Source: Chrysomallon squamiferum
Lineage: Eukaryota; Animalia; Mollusca
Assembly (NCBI GenBank): GCA_012295275.1
Contig: CM022670.1
Span: forward strand, 26,040,001 to 26,104,000
DNA length: 64,000 nt
Reading direction: 5' to 3'
The notes under the pieces are model-generated. The model saw only the letters and a list, made by a program, of their open reading frames with translations. It was not told the origin of the DNA and did not search any database. Positions 13,587-24,141 of the stretch are shown here, in pieces. Position numbers and translations under genes: made by a program. The stretch's first letter is position 1. Each line of letters begins with the position of its first letter.

Positions 13587-14429
13587 ACAAATAAATAAAT
13601 AAATAAATTAATTAATTAAATAATTAAAGCCTTTAAAATATTTCGCACAGATTATTTTTAACATGTAATTATTATTTTTTGTTTTCTTTGGAAGTGTCGG
13701 GTTAATTTTATAATTTTTATTTTTATTTATTTTTTGAACAAATGGAATGTTTTTTTTTTTTTTTTTAACTGAATAAAAAAAATTATTTATAAGTTCAGTC
13801 ATAATGAACTGATACAATTGTAGACAGTCAAGTAGATTAAAATGATCATTCCCATGTTTTAATTGTTATACCAAACAGATTGTTGTCCAGATGTCTGCTT
13901 TTTTTTTCTTGCTTTTTTTTGTATTATTATTATTATTATTATTATGATTATTATTATTTTCTTAAATTATACCTATTCTAAAAGCTGAAGAATCCTTGAG
14001 AGAATGCTGATGTTGTTCCCTCTGGTGATGCAGAATTTTAGTCAACAACAACTGAGCCTGCTTTTTCTTCCCTGGATGTGTTGATTCAACTAGAGTTATT
14101 GCCCTTGCTAAACATGCTCTGTCACCTTTCAACAACCCATCAAACAGAAATTTAACACTGGCATCCATTTCTCCTAATTCATTTATTATATTCAGTTCAG
14201 CTGATTTGATGGAAGACTTATCACTAATTAATGGACACACAGTTAAATGAAATAATCTTCTTTGATTATGTGTACATGTTTTAAACCATGTCCACATACT
14301 AGCAGTCTGTGGCACTGTGACATGTAGAGTTCTGTGACAATGATGTGACACTTGAAGAGGGGTCACTATCCTACATGACAGAAGTGACAATCCAGAGAAA
14401 GTAAAAACTGGTCGAAGTGTTCTTGTCAT
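10499..14429 (-). CDS. MMAA: Methylmalonic aciduria type A protein (mitochondrial MeaB/ArgK GTPase); exons 14429-13973, 13487-13365, 12865-12695, 12003-11917, 11301-11153, 10789-10499 (~425 aa)
   Basis: [16 protein letters not shown]-loop [55 protein letters not shown]. All introns are GT-AG and phase-consistent. Arg/Ser/Thr-rich, acid-poor N-terminus consistent with a mitochondrial presequence. Confidence 0.96.
13497..13610. repeat. (CAAA)n/(TAAA)n microsatellite in an MMAA intron
   Basis: Tetranucleotide tandem repeats seen directly. Confidence 0.9.
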
Positions 14430-16543
14430 CTGCAAGTTCTGAAATAAAAAAAATAAATAACCACTGAAACAGAAGCTATGTTTTGTTTAGCTTTGGCTGT
14501 GTGTTCTTTTTATTTCACTACTTGGTGGTGGATTCAAAATCCTCAATGACTGTGTCTTGGTTAGGGTATGTAAATTCTTTTTTAAAGAATGAAAAATAAT
14601 CAAATTTTCTCATTTATTAATAGTCATAAATATATATTTGATTAAACATTTCAAATATTGGCACCTTTCTGTTCACAACTGAACAATATTACCACACAAC
14701 CGATTATTGTTTGTCATCTTTAACTGATATTGTTTTAATTTAAAAATTTAAAGAGATAAATAATTAATTTTTGGTTTTACACCTTATGAAAAAACATTCC
14801 CTTATTATTTATTAAGAAATAATTTCTTTATAAAAGATATCAGCTGTAAAACTTTTAAAAAACATATTCCACACATGAAAAATATACTGAATTATTATTA
14901 TTATTATTATTTTTGAGAAGTCCAAAACAAACTACTTTTTCTTGTTTTTCATTATTTTATTAAACACTGTCCAAATTCTAATAAGTTTACAGTAACATAA
15001 AAAAAAAAAAAAAAAAAAAAAAGTACAAATAAGTAATAATAATAACAATAAACATAAAAAAGATAAATAGGAATACAAATGTATATTTATATGGAGTACT
15101 AAACTGAGACAGAAATCACATGAAAAAGTTACAAAAATATAACAACTTTAAAATATGTATTTGTAGATACAGTCAATAAAGATATGTATGTGGATGAATA
15201 TGTAATGTATACATAAGTTTATATTTGTGTGTAAATATGTGTGTGTGTGTCTTAGGAGTCATGACAAAATAAAATAAATGTATATTAAGTAGATAACGAC
15301 ATATTTAGCAATAAATTATAGTGCTAACAGGCATAAAAACTACAAGTTTGTGCTTAATTTAAATTTAACAATTCACGATAATAATAATAATAATACATAT
15401 ATAGATATATATATAAATGTGGCTTTCATCCCTGAGATTATATAAATTATAAAAAACATCCCTGAGAAAATACACAATTTTCAGATCACAGCAGTCTTCA
15501 AATAATTATAAACTAAGCTAAACAAAATGCTGATTTACTTTAAAAATTGAATAATTATTCAAAATTACATTATAAAGTTGGTAACATTTTTTTAATAATA
15601 ATGAAGTAGAAAATACTGTTGTAGAATGGTGATATTAGAAGAAAAAACAAAAAAAAAAAATGAAATAACAACAAATAATATACATCTTGCTTAACTCATT
15701 TTAACAATAATTATTACTTTTTATTTCCTGTCTCTATAAAATTATATACATCATTTTAATTATATCGGAATAAATATTAAATTTATATATACATACATAT
15801 ATATATATATATATATACAATTCAGTGTTTATTCAGATATAATTAAAATGATATAGATAATTTTATTAAAATATTTTTTTACAATTACATACATACAATT
15901 AAACTTCACAATTTCAATAAAATTTATATAGTTTGAAAAATAATTTAATAACAGAAAATAATTTTTATAATGTTCAGTAAAAATTAATATGAGTATATTT
16001 TACAATTAAAATGTTCTCTTATATATTTATATTAACCAAATTTTAAAATAAAATAATCTTTTCCAGCACATATTCCCATTATTTTAGGAATAATTTTCAT
16101 AACTATTTTATTTACTAGATCAAATTTATATGTATATTTAAATTCACTAACTTGAAATGAAATGTAAAAGATAAATAAATAAATAAATAAATATATAAAG
16201 TTACCTGAATATACAAATGTAACATATTTGAGCTCCCATTCTAGCTTGAAAGTCTAGTTAAATATCACGAAATAAACTTTAATTGAGTCTAAGTAAACAT
16301 TAAAATGATGCCATGGTTAAAATATTAAAATTAATGTTAGCAATCACAACTGCATATTTACAATTACAAACAATTACGTATTTTCAATTTATAAAGGTAC
16401 ACAGTCAGTAACATATGTAATATAAGAAAGAGTATGTTGATATCTATAAAGCATGTAGAGGTACTAACAGTAAATATATCATATACAAATATATGAAGAA
16501 CAATATTCTGACAGAGATATTAACATTCTGACATGGCTGAGAT

Positions 16544-18019
16544 TCACCAGTCAAGTTTAACTGGATAGTCTCCTGAAAGACAAGCAATGCAATGTCCATG
16601 TTTCTCATCATCTTTCATTCCTTCTTCAACTGCTTTCTTTAACCCTTCCACTGACAGGTACTCTAAGCTATCCGCACCAAAATACCACCCAATCTGCTCA
16701 ATTGGCATCTGATTAGCAATGAGTTCTTCCTTTGTAGGAATGTTAATTCCCATATAACAAGGATATTTGATTGGCGGAGAGGCCACACGAATGTGAACCT
16801 CAGAGGCACCAAATGATTTCAGCAATCTCACAATATTGCCCATAGTGTTTCCTCGAACAATGGAATCATCAACCAGCACCACACGTTTGCCAAAAAAGTT
16901 CTCAGTCAGAGGCCCAAATTTTTTGGCAACTCCTAACTGACGTAATCTCATGCTTGGCTGTATGAATGTTCGACCAACATAGCGATTTTTGGACAAAACT
17001 TCCAAATACGGTATTTTTAAATGCTTGGCATAAGCCATAGCAGCTGGTGTTGCTGATTCAGGAACTGTGCTGATGAGATCAGCCTCCAGGGGTGCCTCAA
17101 GAGCCAGCTGTTTGCCACAACGTTGTCGGACTGTGTAAACCATCTGATTCTCTAAAGTAGAGTCTGGTCTTGCAAAGTAGACATATTCAAAAATACAAAA
17201 TGCTGGAAGTTTTGATTCAGGTCGTTCAGCAATGTAACAGGATTTAATGCCATCTTTGCTAATTTCCACTATCTCTCCAGGAAGAACTTCTCTGTGATAT
17301 CTGGCACCAATAGCATGGAAAGAACATGACTCTGAAGACACAACCCAGCCATCAATATCCTGATCTGTTATTGTATGATTGCTGGTAAAAGCTACTGCAG
17401 GTACAAGCTTGCCTATGCATAAAGGTCGATTGCCAAATGGATCTCGAACAGCATATATTCTGTCTTGATGCAAAATAACCAAAGAATAGGCTGTCAAAGC
17501 CTCAGTCATTAGCTTCTGAATGCGCCCTACCCAGTTAACTCCATTAGGCTCACCACAAGCAGGTGTGTGTGTCAGGAGCTGGGTGATTAGTTCACTGTCA
17601 GAAGTAGTAGAAAGACCAACTCCATGAAGAAGTAGTTTCTTCTTCAGAGCTCGTGCACTGACAAGCTCACCATTGTGTGCTACAGATATCAGACCATGGA
17701 TTGTTTCCACAGTGAATGGCTGAATATTCATCAAGTCTGAAACACCATGAGTTGAGTAGCGTGTATGGCCAATACCGAGATTTCCTTTCAGTCTCTGCAA
17801 GTCGTCTTCGGAAAACACAGAACTGACAAGGCCCATGCCTTTCTTCTGACGAAACTTTCCAGATTCCCCGTCAGTTGTGACAATACCAGCACTTTCCTGT
17901 CCTCTGTGCTGCAAACCAATGAGTCCCAGGTGGATAATCTGAGCTACATCAAGTTCACTGGGCCAGTTACCTCCACCAACACAACCAAATACACCACAAG
18001 CATCTTTCATTTCATCCAT
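16544..18019 (-). CDS. PPAT: Amidophosphoribosyltransferase (glutamine PRPP amidotransferase), uninterrupted 491-aa CDS
   Basis: Short propeptide MDEMKDA followed by catalytic [52 protein letters not shown] loop [12 protein letters not shown], Fe-S-type Cys motifs PCYMG and CIAC. Splice acceptor tttttccAG at 18087-18086 in the 5'UTR. Confidence 0.97.
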   Translation of the reverse strand: MDEMKDACGVFGCVGGGNWPSELDVAQIIHLGLIGLQHRGQESAGIVTTDGESGKFRQKKGMGLVSSVFSEDDLQRLKGNLGIGHTRYSTHGVSDLMNIQPFTVETIHGLISVAHNGELVSARALKKKLLLHGVGLSTTSDSELITQLLTHTPACGEPNGVNWVGRIQKLMTEALTAYSLVILHQDRIYAVRDPFGNRPLCIGKLVPAVAFTSNHTITDQDIDGWVVSSESCSFHAIGARYHREVLPGEIVEISKDGIKSCYIAERPESKLPAFCIFEYVYFARPDSTLENQMVYTVRQRCGKQLALEAPLEADLISTVPESATPAAMAYAKHLKIPYLEVLSKNRYVGRTFIQPSMRLRQLGVAKKFGPLTENFFGKRVVLVDDSIVRGNTMGNIVRLLKSFGASEVHIRVASPPIKYPCYMGINIPTKEELIANQMPIEQIGWYFGADSLEYLSVEGLKKAVEEGMKDDEKHGHCIACLSGDYPVKLDW

Positions 18020-18809
18020 AATGTAGAAAGTTGTAGCTCTATGTTATTTTGTGAAATTGACTGGATTTTTTTCTTGATGTCTTTACTGGAAAAAAATAGA
18101 AATAAAATTGTTGAAAAGATAATACTGCTGTGAAAAAAAAAAAAAACACAGAAACAAACATGGGTAAAAGTGAAATAATTAAACATTATATACCAAGAAT
18201 AAACATAATACTTATTTCATCTTTTATTTACATATGGCAAACATCTAAAACAGAAAATATTTACACCAGCTTTTTTGTTCTCACATATTTAATGTATCGA
18301 TTGTGGACTTGTGATAAAGTAATAATGTGAGAATTTTCTGTTGGTTTCATAAGACTTGTTTGGAAACTAATTTATGAAAATTTATGTTCTGTAGTATGCT
18401 GAAATAATCTAGTGACAACACTAGGTACATTAAGAATTGGGTTTTCAGCATGAGTACCACATCTGATTTAAGAAAACTGTGAGGATGTCATATTTTGAAA
18501 ACTGAGACTTAAACAATTCCCCTTATACACTATTAAAGTACTGTCATTCTATCACATTAGTAATAACAACAGTTAATGATGAAAAGAAATGAAACGATAT
18601 ATTATTCAACATTAAAACAACACGTTAACCAAAATATTTTCTGGAACAATGAAACAGAAATGCAGTCTGACCATTACTATAATTATCTTTCAACAATGTA
18701 CTGAATATATTATGACAATTAATGTACTGAATATAAAATTTAAATATCCTCCATTAATTGATCAAACAGAAATTTAAAACAAGTATTATGTGATAAAGAA
18801 AACTATAGC

Positions 18810-19460
18810 TTATTGATTAAATATTGAAGAAATATCCTTTTTGATACTGTGAGCTATGCCTTACTGATTAAACATGTATTCCATATAATACAATACCATA
18901 TTACTTACTGATTAACAGTGCATTCTACATAACACAATACATAATGTCTTACTGGTTAAAAATATATTTCTTATAATACATGATACAGGATTACTAATTA
19001 AAACTACTCCTTGTAATACAATATATTCCTTTAACCAATTAAAAATGGATTCCATGCAATATAATACATATGATTCCTGTTTCAGACTATTTCATATAAC
19101 AAAAAACACAGTCTCATATGACTAAATATGTATTCCATGCAACGTAATATACCACAACTCACTGATTAATCCTCTAATCTGCATAATACAATACTGTGTT
19201 TTATCAGTTAAAAATGTACTCTTTATGCTATTTATTAGACTATCATTGATTAAAAATGTATTCCTTGTAAAACACTTAGTTTTAGTTATACATATTACTT
19301 ATAATACAATACACTGTTTTACTGTTTACAAATGCATTCCTTGTAATATTATACACTTTGTTTTAGTGATGCATATTCCTTACAATACAATACACAGTTT
19401 TACTGATTAAAAATATATTCCTTGTGATACAATACACTAACTAGTGATTAAAAATATGTA
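18810..19460. repeat. Degenerate ~42-bp minisatellite in the PPAT 5'UTR intron
   Basis: Recurring unit approximately ttactgattaaaaatgtattccttgtaatacaatacaca, roughly 15 diverged copies. Confidence 0.75.
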
Positions 19461-19526
19461 GTACAGATGATTTTATCTTAGTATTTACAAAATCTTTCAT
19501 AAAATATATTAGAATTACTGTCTTAC

Positions 19527-19548
19527 CTTTCACTATTTCAGCTATCAG
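19527..19548 (-). other. Candidate 22-nt non-coding micro-exon in the PPAT/MMAA 5'UTR
   Basis: tgttactttctgtAG|ctgatagctgaaatagtgaaag|GTAAGA on the minus strand. Confidence 0.4.
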
Positions 19549-21239
19549 CTACAGAAAGTAACAACACAAGTGTTACATGCTAACAAGATCAAACAGTTGT
19601 GAAGATCACCTCGTAACCTCATACACCAGTATCTCAAAAACTGTGAAGACACTTAATTAATGAACTAATCCCTTGCATAATTACATAACACCATTTTCTC
19701 AATCTGGACTGGCTGGAGCAAGTTCAGAATAGTTCATTATTGTTTACTGTTGTTGTTATTTTTATTTTTTCCTGGGGAGGGATTGTTTTTTTTATCTTCT
19801 TTTTTATTAAGTTGTCATAGTGATTATGCCTGAATAATATTTGCTAAGGTTAATAACAATTTGTCTGGTTAACTGACATGTTTGTGTCTTATGTAATTAC
19901 TGACTTAAAGTAAATCTTTTCAATTAGTGAAAAGATAAGCTGTCTAATTATCTTGATCAGTACCATCAATTATTCACTAAGTGAAATGAGTAAAATAGGA
20001 AACCTAATTATGAATGACCTACAGAACACAACCTTTCCCCAGCTTTTACTTACCTAATTTAATGTCAAATCCAACTTCTTTTTCCTTCAGATGTCACAAA
20101 TATTCATCTTCAGAAATGTAAAGGCTCTATTTAATTTTATCAGCAATATTATATGGGTAAAAATATTTCACTATTTTGTCAACTTGATAAATAAAGCAAT
20201 TTTTTTTTTACTAGCATGTCATTATTATTTCAACAGCTTGGTGGAATTCAAGCAAAATACCAGTTTGTATGTCAGTATATTTTACAATGTGACCAAGCCA
20301 TTAAGTGGATTTAAAAAAGATTAATTATTTTTGCAAAAATGTATACTGGTATGATTGGCTTATAGGCAGTTTATTAATATTCAACCAGTATAATTAATTA
20401 ACAGTTTCACTTAAACAAACTTTAATCAAGTAAATTATAAAAACTCAGTTAAGCAAATGTTAATCCAAATAATAATGAACTAAATTTTAATTAATCTATA
20501 GAAAAAATGGGGGAGGGACAAAAAAAAAAAAAAAAAAAAAGAAAGAAAAAGAAATAATAATAATAATAATAATGTTAATGTTAGGAATTCAGACTGTCTT
20601 TCTGTTTCTTACTTGTATTTTAACACCATCATTCTACAATTTAGCTCTGCAATAATTTTTCTTTCTTTTTTTCCAAAAATATCAGATATGCTAGTCACAC
20701 ATTTTTAGTTTCAGAAATCTGACTTGGAACTAAAGCCATAGTTTTGTTCTTTTTATTGGTAAACACAATACATATTCTTATTGAACATACTTGTAACAGT
20801 CTGGTTAAAGAAAACACGGTAATATGTCTTAGAAGAAATAAATTAATTATATTAGTAAAATTTTAAATTAATTCTTTATTGTGCACTTTCGGCCTAACAC
20901 ATACCTTTAATATACAATTTATAAATAAAAGTATCACTATCTGTGATTCTTTATTGTTTCTCATCCACACTTCTATTACTGTTCTTACTAAACACCATAT
21001 CTTTGTGGCCATGTATAAAATAACTAATAAAAAAAATAAATAAACAAAAAAAAAAGAAGACTCCAAAAAACAAAAACAGAACGAAAATATCTTCATCATC
21101 TTAATTATTATTATTATTATTATTATTATTACATTGATGGTAAACAGCTTAAATCTTATACTGATTCCTATGTTTTATATTTTAGGGGGTGTGAGGGTTT
21201 ATGATATCTCTTAATCTTATTCTACATGTTTATTACAAA

Positions 21240-23230
21240 TGTAAAGCGATTTCATACGAATCCGCATTTATTAGAGATATACTTAAAATAGTAAAACTAA
21301 TAAAAGGTTATGTGTAACGAAACGACTTGTGGATCTACTTACTTATAACAGATAATGTAATATACCCGTTTATACGATTTTTCTCCTATGATATGACTTT
21401 TTGGTTGACAAGAGAATACATTACATCTATGTGATCTCTCAACATGCTCTTTCAACCTTTTATTCGTGTAATACACACACGACAACACGCTTACTATTTT
21501 CGGGATTTTCCGTACATTTTTCTTTTATTCGTACATACTCGTACATTTCCGACTGGTTTATCAAAAATCTCTGATGTTTGTTTTGAATTTTTCTTCGGAA
21601 GCTGCTAATAGCAAATGGAGACTGTTTATCTGTGCTACCCTTTTCTGACAGTATCGTTAAATAACATACCCGCCTTCCTTCTGAACTGGTGATTTGGTAA
21701 TGCAATCTGTTGATGGATCCAGAACACGCGGTTCGTTTGGTTCATATTATTTGCAAAGTTTGACGCGGCTGAATAGTCATCAAACTAATTACTGTTAAAA
21801 AAGAAAGAAAGAAGAATAAATAATCCTATAATGACGTGATTAATAACTTTAAATAATTATTTACGCGGCTGAATAGCCATCAAACTAATTACTGTTAAAA
21901 AAGAAAGAAAGAAGAATAAGTCCTATAGTGACGTGATTAATAACTTTAAATAATTATTCCTTATGATTTTTATTTTTATTTTTTTTTTTTTTTCCCCAAC
22001 GAGTTCGTCACCAATATGCTGGTGGAGGAAGCAAAACTACAACATTCCATTAATAATAATAATAATAAATGAAAACAGTAAAATAAATAAACTTAACAAA
22101 ATAAAAATTCATAACGAGGAATTTCATGCTACTATTACTGTAAAATGCATTCATTTATAGTATTTATTCTTTTAAATTCTTGTTTGACTTATACATCATG
22201 CCAATTATAAAAATCTTAATGTTTATTGTATTTAACAATGCACTTTCAGAAATATAAGAAAGAGAAATATAACATGTATTATGACACACATATTATAAAT
22301 GTATTCGATCGATCTTAATTAATCTGTTACAGAAAAGTATGTAATGATATGAATCCAATTTTTATTTCCTCTAGAAATTAAAATAATTATATTTAGTGTT
22401 GCTTAGTTTTTGTTGTTTTTGACGATAAGTTTTCTGAAAACTATTAAAACATAAAACAGATATATAAAAAAAAAAAAATGGAGATAAACATTATTAATAC
22501 TATAGTATTAAAATGTAGAAAACTGAAAAGATATAAACCCAGTGAGTAAAATAATACTCGTGGAATGAAAGTAATGTAATTACATAAAATCTATTTGTAA
22601 AAGATTAATAACTATGTTGTCTTTATGGGTACTTTAATAAATAATTTAACTGTGTCTTTTTAATTTACTTTATACATGTTGGAATACGTTTTGTTTATTC
22701 TTAAATGATAACGTCCCTTTTCATAATTATATACAACACGTGCATGTGGAGCGTTCAAAATACCGAAGGAAATAACAAAAGAAGAAAGCGTCATGGAGCA
22801 TGACAGTGCTTGTTGCTCAAGTTTCTGAACGCCGATTATTTAGTTGTTTATTATTTAGTAAGTATAGAAAGTGCGATATATTACTGAAAATTTATAGACT
22901 ATTCATTGCATTTGATTAAGCAAAATTGCAGACAATCAAATTGCATTTCAAATAATATTTAGGAAAACGGATGTGCATAAAAAATTAAAATGTGAATTCA
23001 CGTCTGCGCTCTGGGTTGACGAGTCTTTTTGTTTTAGTTACTTTGTAAATAAATCGTTATTTATTTTGTAAATGAAAGAACTACATTTAACATTTTCTTG
23101 ACGAACCATACATCTTTAAAAAAGTAAAACATTACATTATTAGAATAAGTCCGTGGATATTTTTGCATAACAACGGGCGTCTAAATAAAAAAATGACTTG
23201 TTCAGACACCTTCAGGTTCTAAATGGCCGA
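21240..23230. promoter_or_regulatory. Bidirectional CpG-enriched promoter region between PPAT(/MMAA) and PCM1
   Basis: CpG clusters at ~21240-21960 and ~22700-23230 in otherwise CpG-poor DNA. Minus-strand donor CGG|GTATGT (exon end 21670), plus-strand donor TTA|GTAAGT (exon end 22857), E-box CACGTG at 22737, TGACGTGA twice. Confidence 0.65.
21763..21958. repeat. Near-identical tandem duplication of ~100 bp (21763-21862 / 21863-21958)
   Basis: Both copies read acgcggctgaatagycatcaaactaattactgttaaaaaagaaagaaagaagaataa...tgacgtgattaataactttaaataattatt. Confidence 0.95.
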
Positions 23231-24141
23231 TGTTTTCTTTTGTTACTAATCTTTCATTATTAGTCACATTGCCATCTATTAATTAAAAACTCTATTGTTA
23301 ATACTTCATATTTTCAACAAAATTTATACTGTTTATTTTATTTTAAATATTTTTTTCTTCTCCAGTAATTTTCATTATATTGGTTAATAAAATCTGATAC
23401 CTAATATAAGTTTATTCTACTCACTGGAAAAGTGTAACTCATCTTTACTTTTGAATATACTTGATGAAATATCGTAAAATGTAAATTCTAAAAACAAAAT
23501 TTGAATTTCTTTTATTTTAAAATATATATAATAATGTTACATATTATTCTATAAATTGGTCAGTATCGGTTCCAGCTGTTGATACAGTAAATATTAACTG
23601 ACTAAACTCATTATTTAAACAGCTAAACCAATATTAATTGGCTGCATATTAATTTTAATAATCCATTATTTAAATCCAGTGCTAGAACAGTTGATGATCT
23701 CAGTTTGTGTATGTAGAAAATATTTTATAAAAAAAATTTCAGCCCATTTTATATCAATTTTGCTTGCACAGGATCATTGTGGTCATCCATTACTAGGAAT
23801 TAGATTTTCATTAGTAATAACAACTGATTAAAAGATAGGGAAGAGTAACATTTGAAATTTACTATGTAATTTTTAAAGAAGTATCTGTTTGCTTTTCACA
23901 AAATCTGACTGGATAATAATAATAAAGAAAATATATTTCCAACATTTTTAACAGTTGATGCATGATGTCATACAACTATACACTCTGCTGTTAATGTAGT
24001 ACACTTCTTTATATATCTAATATAATGAAAGTTTTTGTTCACTTGAAGTTGTTGAACAGAAAATTACATAACAATTTTGTTTCCTTAGAAATATTAAATA
24101 AAATATATATATATATTTTATTTCCTATAAAGCTATTTGTT

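Noticed and set aside
17765-18133. 122-aa plus-strand ORF
   Set aside because: Antisense shadow of the PPAT CDS; no recognisable features.
18810-19460. Periodic array as a CRISPR locus
   Set aside because: Eukaryotic intronic context, degenerate units with no unique spacers, and no cas genes.
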